Positions 1 through 14,700 are shown, numbered from the stretch's first letter. The stretch: DNA of 64,000 nucleotides from Yuukianura sp. NJ FZ-2021 (GCA_046563655.1 CM102285.1:2914001-2978000); one strand, 5' to 3'. Made by a program: numbers and translations. The notes: generated by a model from the letters alone, not told the origin.

Positions 1-689
1 CTAATCAAATCATTTTAGTTTAGTTGCGGTAAAATGAAAGTAAAAAAGAAGAAGCGTCTGCTTTTACAGACAAACTGACTTCGATAAATGACAAGACTTT
101 TCACGCGTGAAGTAACAAAGTTTCAGAAAGAGAAAGAAGAGCGGCAATTTTCGTTTTCCGTTTGTTTTTGGTGCTGAAACTTAAGGGAAAGCTTTAAATG
201 GGAATCCGTGAAAAGACAGTGGTTTCCATTAGGTTAAATGACTTTCACTTACTCATTCTGATTTCCAACTTCCCCCTCATACTTTACGTTCTCACTAAAA
301 ATGACGCATTTCCACTCATTCCATAGCCTTGTAACATTTTCAAAAGGAGAAGAAAGTTTGAAATGGTTGAAGGAAATGATGGAGTAGTAGAAACCAGAGT
401 GTTTGATTGAGAACACAATTTCATGACAAGGATCGGTCGCCATAATTTTGAAAGTAAAAGTTGAAAAAGTTGGAGGGAGTAACTACTGAGATGGAACAGA
501 GTAAATAGAATGATACATATTTCATGAGTGTGTTGACCAGCAGAAGCACAACTCTGATTGGAAACTGTTTCCAATCCAAAGCCCAAATGTGTCTCACTTT
601 CTTTTCTTTTTTTTTTTACATGCGAACATTCCAATTTGGTAGTTGCCTCTAAACAAGTTGACATGGTTTGTGCCTTGAATAAAATCACT

Positions 690-890
690 TGCGGTTTTAA
701 TCGATTAAAAACAAATAAACCGTTGTAAACGAATTACCCCTGGACCATGTGAAGTTCATCTGCGAAGACAGATTGTAATTCGGTCCAGTGGTTGCAGAGT
801 GATACACGCGCGTAGACAGACAGACGGAAGGACAGACAGACAGACACGGGCAAAAACATAAAGTACCGAATAAATTCGCTACTTAATAAT
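690..890 (+). mobile_element. Helitron/HINE (DINE-1/Lep1-like) non-autonomous element remnant
   Basis: (GACA)n microsatellite at ~814-846, followed by a short terminal hairpin aagtaccgaat-aa-attcgctactt (~861-884); this layout is typical of arthropod HINE-type elements. The 5' boundary is uncertain. Confidence 0.4.
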
Positions 891-3781
891 TTAAAGTTGA
901 ATAGACAATAAGCGCTTATCTAAAAGTAGAATCTTATGAAAATTTCAGCAGAGAAAGAAAATATGGAAATTCAGGAAAAATTTAATCAAATGAGCGCGGA
1001 AGTCTTGTGAAACTGACTAATCGTAAGTTTTAATTCAAACGATTAATAATGCAGGTCAATATACGGGAAACCGTCTTAGGAAGGAAATGCGGCAATCATT
1101 ATTCATTGTATAATTTTTGGAGTTTTTTGTAAACTCACAAGCATTTTAATCGATTACGGGAATTATCCGATTAAAAGGAAATACGTATTGATTGTAATGC
1201 AGTGAACCTTGTGTGGATGGATGGTCGGAGTGTAATGATGGACTCTGCGTCCGATGCCCATTTGTGTGTCTGAAAGTGATCAATGGCTGTGGCTGGCTAA
1301 TGTTCTGTGACTTGAAGGACTCCCGCCTCCCCGCCCGTGTCCTCAATCCTTTCCTCTTGCTTTCATTATGACGAGGAAATGCCGCCGCTTGTAGGGTGCG
1401 GCAAAAGCCAAGCACAAGAGGGTGACGCCGGGAATGGGACTCTCCTTTCCGGCGGGAATTTTCATTTCATTTCATTTCATTTATTCTCCTGTTTCTGGCA
1501 GGCTTTTCAGAATAAGTAATAGTGATAGTTTTTTTGAAGTGTAATTAATATTAGTTAATATAATTAGTGTACATGTAGGGAATCTTTAAAAAACGGGCAA
1601 AAAGAGAGCGGGGGAGGAAGTTTCCTAGAATTTATTTATGACTTTCCGCCTGGCATTTTTGGGCAGGCAGAGTTCCCACTCCCGCCGTTTCCAACGTCTG
1701 CACATCGAATCCCTTTTAGCTTCATTTCCTGTGCATAACAGTCTCCAAAAATCCAAATGGAAATTATCACTTTTAATACATAACAGCCTCTTTCATCTCT
1801 CGGCCTTGAAACGACATTTTTTTAAACTTTATCCACAAATTTTGAAAAATACGCTTCGTTTCCATTTTGGCCCAAAAAGAATTTTGTCATAAAATAAAAT
1901 TTTTGTTTAAGAAAATCATCTTTTTGGCATTCTCATCCTCATCAACGACGTCCTAAATGATTCCAAATTTTCGCCAACATTCATAATTCAATTGCTGATA
2001 ATTTTCAAGAAAAAAAGTCTTCTTTTTGAATTCTTCTTCTATGTCAACGTTCATGTACTAATTTTGTTTAGAAAATTAGGTTCTTTTGTGCGCTAGTTAC
2101 CAAAATGGGCGAATTTTTATAGCCCCGTTTTCATGTGCTCCAAATTTTCCCCGCCTTTCTACAAAATCTAAATAACAAATGAAACTTCAAAAGTTTTCTT
2201 GTGGGAAAGCAGAAAACAAAAAGAAAGAAGCAGCAGGTCAAAGTTTATTATTATTTTGGATGAACCGCCAACAAACTTCGGCAAAGAGGAAGAAACTTTG
2301 CTTCTCCCTCCTCCTTTCCGTTTATATTAAATTTACAAACCAATAACTTTCTTGACTTTTCATAAAAACCAACCACTTTTTCTTGTTTCTGCACAACTTC
2401 GAAAACACTGTAAGGTTAATCAAGCATCTTGTGGTTTTGATTTTGAATTTCAAAATGATCCGTGCTTTTCCTAAAATTCAAAAACTAGCCACAAAAAAAA
2501 TTTATCCATCTTATTTTATTTATTCATTTTGTGAATTTAATGTAAATAAGCAGGGAAGCCAGTGATTTTGTTTGTATGTGGAGAAATGGTATTGGATTTT
2601 TCTCAAAATTTCCGTGTCTTTTTTTGAAACTTTTCCATTTTGTAGTTTCTCCTACTTTTTTCGTTTTTTATTAAATCAAACCCTGTCCTGTGCCTAACTG
2701 CCTTCTAACGTCCTGTCTTCTTCCCGCTTCTGTTGTGTACAGAATTTTTTTTGAAAAAGAAAAGGCAGTGTTTGAGAACAGCGCGACCTCTTGTAACCTC
2801 ATGCATGATACATAAGATGCTGATGGAAAAGTTTCTATTTTTTGAATTCTCTCTCTTTCTCTTTCGGTTTTCCATAAGTCTTAGAATTGTAGGAAAAGTT
2901 TCCATTCCATTTGAGATTGAAATGTTGAGAGACACGATCAGAAAAAAAAAGAACAGTAGTATGTGGTTGGAACTCTGGATTTCGTGATCCGTCTATCTTA
3001 ACAAATTCAATTGATCTAGTCAAAATCGTAATTGAATCAAAACTTTAATTTAATTCGCCTCTTTTACTCCAGCAGGTACGAACTTAAAAAACAACGCATT
3101 TTCCAAAATAGGAGATTATTTTTTCTTCTATTTCCTCTCGAAATTTTTTAGACCAAACTATATGACAAAAGAGCTTTCTCTTTTCTTTTTTTTTCTATTT
3201 TGCTTTGTCTATTGTTATTTGGAGGACAGTAGTTGGAGAGTCCGTTTTGGAGAAGTTGTGACAATGGATAAAAAGTAAAGGGTGGACAGAGATATTTCGA
3301 TATGTGGAGATAGCATCGCTGTGGAGAGAAAGTAAGGAATTTCCTCTGCTTTTCTATTGATGTCCTTAACAATAGTTTTTTTGAAGCACAGTAGATTCGA
3401 ACACATTCTTCCGTCTGTTTCCTGTCTTCTTTTAAGCTTCATATGTAACTTCCAATCCAATTCTCAACTCAAACTGATTTCAGCGGAGAAAACCGTCTGA
3501 ATTTCGATTCAAACTTTCCTCTTTCTCCTTTTTCTCAATTCGAACTCCCTTGTCGTGTCTAACTGAATTTTCACCAAACTGGATTTCTTTCTCAACATTG
3601 ACAGATATTGGCTCATGTAGTCTCCTTTTCAAATTGAACTTATTATACACCAAAGAATAAAAATTTTATTCAGCATGATGTCAAAACTATGACGAAGGGA
3701 CAATTCTTAAGCAACTGACTGAAATTCTTCAACATGAACTTAACTTTTTTGAAAATTTAGTTGACTTTTGTCAAAAACAAG

Positions 3782-5774
3782 TCATACACGACATATACCG
3801 TGTCCAGGTAAACGAACAGTCGAAAGAATCTCTGCAATAAGAAGCATAAGGGCCAAACTACTTCCAAGAATCAGCAGATAGAATCCACTGGCAATGTCCC
3901 TTAAGGGCACTTGGACGGGAGATTTAAAGCAGAGCGTTTGTGGAATGTCAGGGATGCAGCGTTTGCGGAGTAACTGCATCACACCACGCTCGTCCATTTT
4001 GAGTAACCTGAAATAGTAGTAAACCTAAAAGTATAATCTAGGTAAAAATGTAACTATTAGGCCAACTTGTTTCGCGTTACAAATTTTTTTAAATGATTTC
4101 TATTCGGGTGTTCCAGAAGTTGGTTTCATTTTTCTCTGCACAAACTCGTAAGCTCCAAAAACTCAATGGTGGGAGATTAGAGACAAGATGCAGAAGTTAC
4201 ACATGGAGGGAAAAATGATGAAACTAACTTTTGGAACACCCGATACAACTACTAACAAAGCGTTGATTTCCTTCCGGTAGTGAAATCCTTTGCGCATGTA
4301 CATGGACCACGGGTAACGAATCCCTCTTACGTCTAATCTACTCCAGCTACACGGAACTTTTCCAATTGAAGCTCTTATTGCGACTACGATTCAAAAATTA
4401 ATTAATTCAAACTTAAACAAAGTATCAAAATTTAACTATTTTTTTGCTACTCACTCCTGCCGCTGTCATCGTCGGTAACAAACGCAACAGGACCGTCGCG
4501 CACGCTTTCGATTGCTTTGCGAAAAGTGTCAAACTTTACCGGACAAACTGCTGCCTTTCGAAGTAAAAGGTCAACATGGGTATCCTCTCTGCGCAATTTC
4601 TGAAAAAGTGAATTGAATTTAAATATGGCAGTGTACATTTTTTTTTTTTCGAATTTTCAAAAATTTAAAATTTGACATACTTGGAGTATGACCTCAGTTG
4701 AGGATTTATTCCCATAACCCCTATCAAGCAAAATGAAGTATTTGGACTTAACCAATTCCTCAAGAGAGTCGATAGAATTCTTATGGACTGAAGAAATTGC
4801 GACAATCCAACCGGAGTACGCAACAACCAAAATGAAAAAGCACAACGACGTTACTGTCGCAGCAGTTCTGAGGCTATCAGCACTTCTTTGCAACCTTTGA
4901 GAACCTATGAAGTTATTAAACATTGCAAAATGCAAATTACTCTCATTTAATTCTGAGGATTAGTCACCTTTTTGCAGAATTATAGACAGACTGTCATAAA
5001 GAAGATGAAGGTCAACCTGGAAATTACGTTGACCAGTTTTTATAAAATTCAAAATTTGAAATGTTGCTACACAGGCAAATGCTGTGCCAAGTATGAAGAG
5101 CCAAACAGAGATATCCACACTTGCAAAAAGTAAATCTTTGCCGATATCTTCGAAGTCGTGGTTCAAAAATGCTTTGAGACTGTTATAAAATAAAAATTAT
5201 ATATTTTGCTATAAATGTTGAAGAGTAATCACCATAAAAATTAGATTATAGTTTAGTTTGAAATACGTGGATTGTCCTGTTATATAACTTGGGTCAACAA
5301 CAGCAGCACGACTAGCTTTCAAAGCGTACGAAGCCATGTAGAGGTCAACTTCCGTTTGACCTTTAGTTTGATTTCCACGCTCAAAGGCATACTCGGACAC
5401 ATCCGACATCAGCTGAATTCTGGGAAAAATTCAATAAGTGAAATTCAAAATTTTGAAAATTGTCAGTCTTACCTGAAACCAAGATACTTCACAATAAGCA
5501 TGAAGAGTTCCACGGAGAAACCGCTTTTGAGATTGCAAAACACGCCATTTTTGTGGTCAATTGCAATTCTGTCAAGATCAACTGCGGCCATAGAGTTGTT
5601 CGTTAAAATTCCCGCCAATTTTTGACATTCCACTTCAACATCATACTTGTACACATTTCCCATCTAGACATTCAAACAAAAATTTTAATCCAAATTTTCT
5701 GAAGCGAATTTTCATTTCAAAATTATTTCAGTATCTTGACTCACTCGAGTTGTAATTCGAATTACGTTGCTCAT
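3782..5774 (-). CDS. Divergent ionotropic receptor (IR, iGluR-related chemoreceptor), 8 exons
   Basis: Exons join in frame through GT-AG sites (approx 5774-5745, 5663-5473, 5419-5268, 5180-4968, 4904-4681, 4599-4454, 4383-4259, 4007-3782). They encode M1 (DISVWLFILG), a pore region (SLSIILQKG), M3 (FFILVVAYSGWIVA..IDSLEEL), S2 (MRKGFHYRKEINALLLKMDERG) and M4 (LRDIASGFYLLILGSSLALMLLIAE). The start codon is uncertain. Confidence 0.75.
4103..4245. mobile_element. Small Tc1/mariner-type MITE in an IR intron
   Basis: Inverted repeats tcgggtgttccagaagttggtttcat / atgaaactaacttttggaacacccga, with TA next to the ends. Confidence 0.6.
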
Positions 5775-5987
5775 TTTCCTCCAGTTCACTAAAAATTTTC
5801 AACTATTGTGAAACTCCCCATCTCCGCCTATAATTTACTTGTTCATTTTATAGTCTTTCCAAAATTTGAAATCTTGACACGAAATCATAATCATGTAACC
5901 ATTGTAGGATTGAATACACATGTAAAATTGAAATGACATTGTTAGTCCATGTCCATTGTGTTCATGATTGGACTCTCGTGACAAAAG

Positions 5988-6087
5988 NNNNNNNNNNNNN
6001 NNNNNNNNNNNNNNNNNNNNNNNNNNNNNNNNNNNNNNNNNNNNNNNNNNNNNNNNNNNNNNNNNNNNNNNNNNNNNNNNNNNNNNN
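5988..6087. other. Assembly gap (100 N)
   Basis: Run of N; a near-identical ~46-bp sequence lies on both sides. Confidence 0.99.
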
Positions 6088-9000
6088 TTAGTCCATGTCC
6101 ATTGTGCTCATGATTGGACTCTTGTGACAAAAGCTAACCCGACAAAACATCTGTTGGCTTCCGAGATTACTTTCAGTTCCCGTTTGCTGCACAGTGAAAG
6201 TTCCCAGAGATGTGACGGCAAGAGGCATTAAAGTCTACGTGTGACATCCTCATAATTTTAGAGAAGGTGGTTAGGTTATGTTACGCTAAGCAATGTGTGA
6301 GAATATTGTGAAGTAATAGTGATTTTAATGGTCGTTTCCACCAGATGAAAAAAGAATTTAGGATGATTTAGAGCACACTTTGGCAACGAGAATTGCTTTC
6401 ACCTTTGACCTCTCCCTCCCACCTAAGCTCACTTTTATTCCTTCTCAAAGAACTTAATTCTCATCCACATTCTGCCCATCCAATCGACTTCATCCTGACT
6501 TTTCTATTGAAAAAAAAGTACTTTTGAAAATATTTTTTGGAAAAAGTACATTTTTATTGTTCGATTTATCGGTCTTCGTCTTGAAAAGAAAGAATTGAGT
6601 GCGAGCGTCCCTTAGTGCAATGGAAATGAGGAGGAAGGAAGATAGTAAATCGTGCCATTCCTCGGAATTGGCAGATTCGTCACAGAGAAAGTGATCAACG
6701 AAGGGAGAGTTGAAAGGGCATCGGAGGAGAAGGTGTGACTCAAATGAAAGAAATTCCGAATGGAGAGGGCGTACATAATGAAACTGGACTTCAGGTTAGG
6801 TTAGCCTAGGCGTTAAGAGGTGAAAGTGCCACCGGAAGATATTCCTCTAACAATTCTTTACGTATGACAGCCCAGGAAACTCTGGTCGTCAGGCTCAAAG
6901 GAGATGAGATTGGCGATTCCTCTGAAAGATCAGACACAAAGACGAAATCGAGCACTGGCGCCAACGAAGAAGAAGGAGAAGCTTAATGCCCAACTTTCTC
7001 TTTCTTAGATACAATCTTGGACACGACCTTGTGTCAAAAACTCAATCACAAAAAAGCTGAAGGTTTTTGGAAATTGAGAGAAAAAAACGAAATTGTGAAA
7101 AGTGTTTGCTTAAGCTAAAAATTGAAAAAAGAGACGTTGTTCCCATTTTTTAAACAAAGAGGAGAAAGTGACGGAGGGAAGTGAAAGGCTCATAACTCAT
7201 ATCATTTGTATCCATCAACATCAGGATCCCATCAATTTCCCATTAGGATTCTCAGTGCTTCTCCTCCATGCTCTCGTGACTCAATCCAATGTCAACTTAC
7301 ACTTTGGCATGTCAAAAGTACTTTCACTTTCCATCCTTCAATGCAATCCTAAAGTGGACTCTCGTTTTTTTTTTTTGGAAAAAAAATAAAACTGTTTCAA
7401 AATTCAATTGAGATCGGAAATGTGATTTTTGAAGTATTTCGAATTGAATTTATTTTTATTTTTAGAATCTTGAAAAACAAATGACTCAAATCATTTGTCA
7501 ACAGCAAAACTTTTTTTTTTGGCAAGTGCCAAGGCTTTTTAGGTTCATTTAATTAGGTAGGGAATTGAAGAGGAAAAATTCAATTTTAGTGGGGCGTTTC
7601 CTTTGCTTTACGGTTCGACTAAAACTGAGAAAAATCTGAAAAATCAGTTGACAGAATGGAATGCAATTATTTCACTTCTCTGCTCCCAATGTCTGCTTCT
7701 TCTCTTCCTATAATTAATTATACTTTCCAAAAAAAAATTATCTGAAAAAAGTTTTCCCTTTTTGAAAAAGAACTGTTAAAAAGTGACTAATTTTTCCCAA
7801 AAAGACGAATTCTTTTTAACTAAAAATAGCAAAACCCAATGATCTGATTTAAACTACCCCTCCAATATCTACAAAAAATCTGAATCAGCAGCACAGTACT
7901 TTGCAAATAAAATTGCGGCTTACCGAGAAGCCTTTTTGTTTCGCATGTAGAAGATATTGTTCTAGGAAGTTGTGACTTTTGAAATCCGTTATGAATAAAA
8001 TATTTCAATCTGGTTGAAGCAGCCTTCCAGGAAGTCCCTGCGTGTCTCCAGTTCACAGAGCTTAATTTCATGCTAATCCTGTCCTTTCTCCACTCTACTT
8101 TCACTTCAAAATGTCAAAATCTCTGTCTAAGGATTTCGACTTCTCATGCTTGTAGAACAGCCACCATCGGCTAAACTCCACCACAAGTCCACCAATCCTT
8201 TGAACTGATTGTCACACAGTCCGCCTATCCTCTCAGCTTCTACTTTTCCTTTCAACGGAATTTTGAATTTAGCAAGATGAAATGCCGCCTCTTTGTTTTC
8301 ATTTCATCACATTCTGAAAATCTCTACGAAAATTCCATTTCAGTTCAAAACTAGGCTAATCCTGATTAAAAAGTTGCAAAAACAAAAGCACATACACGTT
8401 TGTTGGTGATCTCATCTTGAAAAAAATGAAGAAGTTTAAACAAAATGTGTCTTAAAGCTGCTTTTACTTTAATTTCAAGAATAAAATCCCCGTTGAAACG
8501 AAACTTTATACGTTTTCCAAAACAAGAACAAAATCAATTCGTGGAAACTCAGATTTTGTTTTTGAAATTTGATCTTCTACGGTACAAAAACTTTTGTAAA
8601 TGGTTTTGTTTCGGATTTTTTTTTGCTGACTACTTGGAAAATGATTTTGGTTTCTCCAGTTTGCAACGCATCTCAATCTTAAAAGCCTTTCAGCTGAAGC
8701 TCATTATCAGGCATGCCAGAAATGTTTTCTAAACCTGCCAAAGCATTCAAATGCCAATCCTTTTTACTCAAAAACTTTGAAATTTTGACTTAATTAACAT
8801 CATGGGGATAAAAAACGCAATAAATATTTAGAAATAAACGACAGAAATACTGCTTCTCTTCAAAATTATCAGCCAGGAAACAACATATTTCTGGCATGTC
8901 TGCTCATTACACGCGCCTACAAAAAAAACACATCATCGTAACTCGAGATGATTCTATAGCAACAGATACAATTTCCATGGAAACGCTATCTACCTGTGCC

Positions 9001-11437
9001 AAATTCCTTCGCCTATAATTTTCTCCGCCTTTCGCCTTCATCATCTAATGAGACTTTCCGATGAGCAGCTCAGGTAACAGTCATTGCGCTTTCAAATCTT
9101 TTGGAACAAAACTATCCAAATAGCACCGCCCCCACGCCTACTCAGAATCAGATTATGCCTTGACATGCCCAAGTCCCCCCTCCTCAATCATCTCTTTGCT
9201 GAGCTCCAACTACCGTTGTAAGCTGCGACCAAAACGACAGGGGAAATGATGAAGTCAAACAAGTGAAATGGAAGGAGAAACTCCTATCTTTTATTCTCCC
9301 GCTCTTCCCATTCCGCTCAGTGCCATTTCGAAGGGGATATGAGATCAGATCTGTTTTCATGGAACTCCTGCACCAGCATCTTGTTGTTCTTCGTCCTGAG
9401 TCAAGACCAAAAAAGGCAAGATGGAGAAAGCATAAAATCCACAAAGAAAATACTAGGAGAGACTCCCAGGGAGATGAAAACAGAAAACCAAGGTTTTATA
9501 TGCCTCTCTCTCCTCATTTCCGTCATACTTTTCAAATTTTCGCTCCAAAAGATCCTCAAACCCGATCCAAATCTAAAACATGCTCCTTTAACTCTTGGAG
9601 TTTTTGGAAATCGGCTCATATAAGCTCAAATACAAAACTAAAAAGTGCAGTTAAACTGAACTGTCTCGTAAATACTAACTTTGAACAATTCAAAATCAGC
9701 TAACTGGGTTTTAGTAGGTTGTAAAGAAGTGGTATTAATCGATTAATATAGAAAGCGACTGAAACTGACCCATGGCAGAACATTGGATGACGAGGCCTGC
9801 TCGTCTTGTCAAAATGACAAATGACAAGCTATAGTACATGAACTAATATGAGGACAACTGAAGCCATTTCAATATTCCCCCATGGCCTTCCATTGCCTTC
9901 CACTCATCATTGTAGTTACTCCCTCCAAATTTAAAAATTCGGAAAAAATGTTTGTATTGGATGCTTCTCGGCACAAATACGGTCAACTTTCAATGAATAC
10001 AAAGATTTGTTGAAATTTCGCCATTCAGTTGAAACTTTCGCCCATCAGCCATCCACTTTCAGCCATCAGCCGGCTGAAAGTGGCAAAAACAGATTTTGTC
10101 TCTTCTCATTTTACTTTCATCAGCTCGACCGGTAATCATTCCTGTATGTTGTAATGAGCTCTAGGTCCTTTCCCATGTTTTCTGTTAAAATGAGTACCAT
10201 GTATGTGATTTTTTTTCAAATTTTGAATGAGAAAAGAGCGGGAAAATTCAAAATGGTGATGGGGCTGTATCTGTGCTGAGCATCTTTTCTCGGTTGGCTT
10301 TCTCCGCATTGGGAAGAGTAATTGGTTGTCTTGAGAATCTTCCTTCGCCTCATTTACCACCAGCTATCACTCCCTTCCGAGTTTTAGTCGGCTCCAAGGG
10401 AAGAAAGTAAGCAATTTCATATTTCACGCCTCCCGTAACTACTACACTCTGCATCCCAAAGAACATTAGGCAACAGCAGCAGTCTTATGCGACTTTGAAT
10501 CCAAAGTGGATTCCACGGTGGATGGGACGCGCCGTGATCAGATTCAGATCACTTTCTCCTTCCAGCTCTTTTTCACTTGCATTATTCCATCATTTTTCCT
10601 ACGAACCATCAACACCGACAGACTGCTGCTCTGTACCGAGAGTGAGCGGAGGGAATTCACAAGTACTCACACATAACCTAACAACCTAACCTAACCTAAC
10701 AACGAACACCATTACGTTTTTCTAGGAAAGCCAAACCCTAGTCATCAATATAAAATTTGGGCTCCATCGTCATAGATTTTGGTGGTAAACCTAATGCGTT
10801 TCTTATGTAATCTTTTCTCTAACCAACACCATCCACTTCCTTCTCCACTCTGTTCGATTATAAAAACAGGAAACGATTTTCCAAAATGTTGAAAAGTAAA
10901 ACTATTAAAAAACTTTTAAGAAAAATTCGAATCCTCAACGTATTTAAATTTCAGTTCAAAGGGTCGTCGAACGAAAAGGAATAAAATCAAGGAAGAATAA
11001 TATTTTTTAGGGCAAAGTTTTTTGAACTTTTTTGAACAATTTCTTCTAACTCTAACACGTCAGCTATTTTTCGAATTTTCAAATTGGGCACACTTGCCTC
11101 TTCGATTATGTCAATCAACCTAAGACAATGCAAAACTTAAAGTTCCACCGCAATTGTTCTTGCTAGAATTTTCACATTACAATTCAGCAAAATCTCCACA
11201 ACTGTCTGTCTTCGTGGTTTAAAATTTTTAATGTATTCGGTCACCTACTTTCCGAATCGGTTAAATATTGCACTCCAGAGAGCCTTCCGATCAACAAAAT
11301 CTTTCACTTCTTACTTCAACTTTACTCTGATTTTGAAGTTCTTTGAGGTTTTGACGAAAAAGTAAGCGTCTTAAAATCGAAATACTCGTTTAACGCAATT
11401 TGGTTTTAATTCTTGCCTTTTTTTTTAGGTTTTCAAG

Positions 11438-11780
11438 ATGAATCGTACCGTGATTGCTGCGCTGGTTCTGGTTGTCGCTTGTGCTTTCGTGATTGTTAAC
11501 GCAGCAGCTCCGCCACCGACGACCAATTGTGCGACGAAACCCAATCGGGAAGAGCAGTGCAAGTGCTATGGAGACCAGTGCAAATTCAGTAAGCATTTTT
11601 TTAAGAAAATGGTATTGGAATAGTCATGTTCGTCTTGATACCTTGCGGTTTATATGATACCTATGTCAATTGTGTGATGTAGATCCAAACGGTGACCAAA
11701 CCACGCCGTTCGTGATGCTGTGTGATCAATTGGTCAGTAACTGCAAGAATACGTCGGTTCCTACCGGGAATGGCACCTAA
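11438..11780 (+). CDS. Small secreted cysteine-rich peptide (~82 aa, 2 coding exons)
   Basis: Signal peptide MNRTVIAALVLVVACAFVIVNA. Exon 1 is 11438-11588, then a GT-AG intron, then exon 2 at 11683-11780 in frame (NPNGDQTTPFVMLCDQLVSNCKNTSVPTGNGT*). The mature part has 6 Cys. A probable 5'UTR intron lies at ~11362-11428. Confidence 0.75.
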
Positions 11781-14700
11781 ACATCCAGCGGTATGTTTTT
11801 GCGGAATTTGAAAATCGGAATATTGAAGTAATCGGAACAATATTAATAATTGTAACAATTCTAGATTTAGAATATAAAATTTTGTTGTCAAATTCCTGCT
11901 GTAAACAAAAATTAAAAACTACTTCTCCTTAGCATCTGAAAATGTTGAATTTGGTACACATATACCTACATATTGGTATACACATGCATAAAACCAAATG
12001 AAGATTGAATATAAATGAAAGTTGTTTGCGCAGAAGAAAGTAGAAAAGTGGAAATGGGTCCTTGACTTCTGTCGAGTCAGAGGTTTAGCCTCACTCCCAA
12101 TTTCACATATTAATTTATTCATAAGCGAGCACGGTTGGCTAAAAGTTTGAATTGCTGGCGCTTCCCTGCTGTACCTCCTGACTCATCACTTTGTTCATAA
12201 ATGCACTCAGAAATGACTTTGTAGTACCCCTGAACAGAAGTGTTTGACTCCACTTTCAAAAGTCCCACCACAAAACCCACCACTTTACATGTGCTCCACC
12301 GAGTACACATTCATATTTCAACAAAATTCAAAAAGAAACGCCTGAGTGATATTCCACAACCTTTGATCTCGCTCTGACCCCTTGTCAAACCCATTCACGC
12401 GCATTTCCAAATTTCAAAATTTCCAACTCTCAGAAATTTATGAATTTTTAGCGCCCTAAATAACTTGATGTTCAATTAAATTTATGCGTTTCACTACTTC
12501 CATTTTGATTCGAGGACAGTTTGAAGTTAATTTTCAAACAATCCGCATGATCAAAACGTCACACAACTTCAAAGGGATTTGGACTAACGTTACAAACCCC
12601 CCTCCCATGGTCGTCGTTATACATACAGAAATGCGCTATTCCGTATTTTGACGTGTTATACGTGTGTAAATCACTTGTTTTAGTTCTGACTTTCTCTACA
12701 TTAAATTTCATCAAAATTGAATCCAACTAAGATTTTTTTTGGGTTGAAGATCTTTATTTCCCAAAAAATGCTCTTGAAAAAATTATTTTTTGGGAGTCTG
12801 ACTAAAACTGTGTTTTGGTTTTTTTCTGCCGTTGGTCAGATTAGGTTTGGGACGATGTGGGGCTTAAGTTGATTAAGAGGAAGATCCTAATCGTGTAACT
12901 TCCATCAAATGAAGCTCTAGTACTGTCTCTTCTATATAACGAAATGAGAGTCCTAATTGTAATCTCTTTACTTACCTGCGCATGCCCTTCTTTCTCCAAG
13001 CAACAGGCCAGAGCACGCTTTCCCACTAAATTTCAAAATTAAATTACACCCTAACGACGCTTGGGAAAAAAACAAAAATGAAGCTAAGTCTAAACCTAAT
13101 TTTACGGATTAAGATTTTTGGAAAACCTAAGAGTCATTGGCTTTACGCTCCAAGCAATTCCAGTGCATTCATGATATAAAAAATTTGATAAATGAAATGT
13201 ACAGTCAGAAATTTTTCGAGTAACATCAAAACTCACTCCAAATTGCAAAAATTTTCTGTGAAAAGGTATTTTTTTTTTAAAAAGTGTATGCTCGGTCGAC
13301 ACAGCTCGACAAACTTTGTTGTGTCGTACATTTTCAATTTCGTTTGTGATTTATACGTGCGTGTCATGCCTGTATAGTTTGGTTCTGGCGGTCTAAACTT
13401 TATTTTTTGAAAAAGTACAAATTTGTACAACTTTTTTTTGAAGAAGAAGAACTGGAAACAAGTTTTGAATGAAAAAAAACGTATTGGATTGTCATTGTGT
13501 GTTCAGGTTCGTTGAAAGTCTTAAATTAAAAACTTGGCTTTTCCCTCTCCTTTCTTCCTCCCTCTAAAATGAGAATAAAAGAATCCAAAGTAATGTGATA
13601 AACTTCCAAAGTTTTTGTGTGTCCAGTCCACTTTTAGTCACAGAATCGACAGGGCCCTTCTGTTCCCTTTGAAGGCCCTTACAGTCACTTCCAGAAGGAC
13701 GCAAAAGCCCTTCTTTCTTCTTCCAAACTACGCAATTTCCGACAGTTTTATTTACAGACTTTTCGACAACAAAAGGAGAAAAGAGAAAAAGTTTAGAATT
13801 TGAGAACTTTTTATCTTTACAATCACTCCCTCTCCAAATTTACAAATACTTAAATTTTTATTTAAAAGAAGAAATTTTTAAAAAAGAAGAGGAAAAATAT
13901 ATTTTAAAAAATAAGGTTTTTCAAAAAATGAAAAAGTGGAAATCTGTTTCTTGAAAAAGATGACACAAAGAGAGAGAGAGAGGAGAAAAGAGAAAGTGTA
14001 AACAGGATTTGAAATGCCACTTTCCCTTCTTTGGAAATTCCAAATTCCCTCTCCTGTCTTGTTTGTCATGTTCGGATCTTCATGTTGGGATCCTAGGAAA
14101 CTAGTGAGAAAAATCTGAGGAAGCAGAAAGGGAATGTGAGGAAGCTTGCAAAGAATATTGGGAAGATGCTACGAGGAAATGGGAAATCTATCTATCATCT
14201 TCATATCCACTTTCTCTTTTTCCTGAAAGAAAAAAAAGAAATTCAGTTTTCTCCTGCCTTTTGCATATGGACTCCCTGTCACTTTTCTCAAATTTGAAAG
14301 ACGTGAGCCTAACTCTCTTACAGCCCTCATCACCTTTCTCTTTTTTACAAACCTAGACTTTCTTTTTACTACGTCAAAGCATCAAAACCTAACATACGCC
14401 AAACCAACCTAACGTCGTAGCAACAACGTAGGTAGTCGCTATGTAACTTAGAGATGTTAAGCCTAAACTCAAAAAATTCGTGTTAGAAAATTTTAGGCTA
14501 GAAGTATCCGTTAAAAATTGTTTGTGCTACATTAGGTTACGTAGGTTTGTAGTAAAAGAATGTTAGGTTAGTGAAGGTGTTTGAAGTAAAAGGAAAAAGT
14601 AAAGTTTATATTCTGGCAGGGAGTTGATTGATGAAGAAATCTAAGAGTGGATCTTGTGAAGTAAGCTTGGAAGAAAGAAAAGACGGGGGTTTAGGATGTT

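Noticed and set aside
2552-2576. Resemblance to mature miR-7
   Set aside because: The seed does not match and there is no evident hairpin partner
5942-6134. Near-identical ~46-bp sequences on both sides of the N gap
   Set aside because: Most likely an unmerged contig overlap (two mismatches, possibly alleles); a collapsed tandem repeat cannot be shown from this sequence
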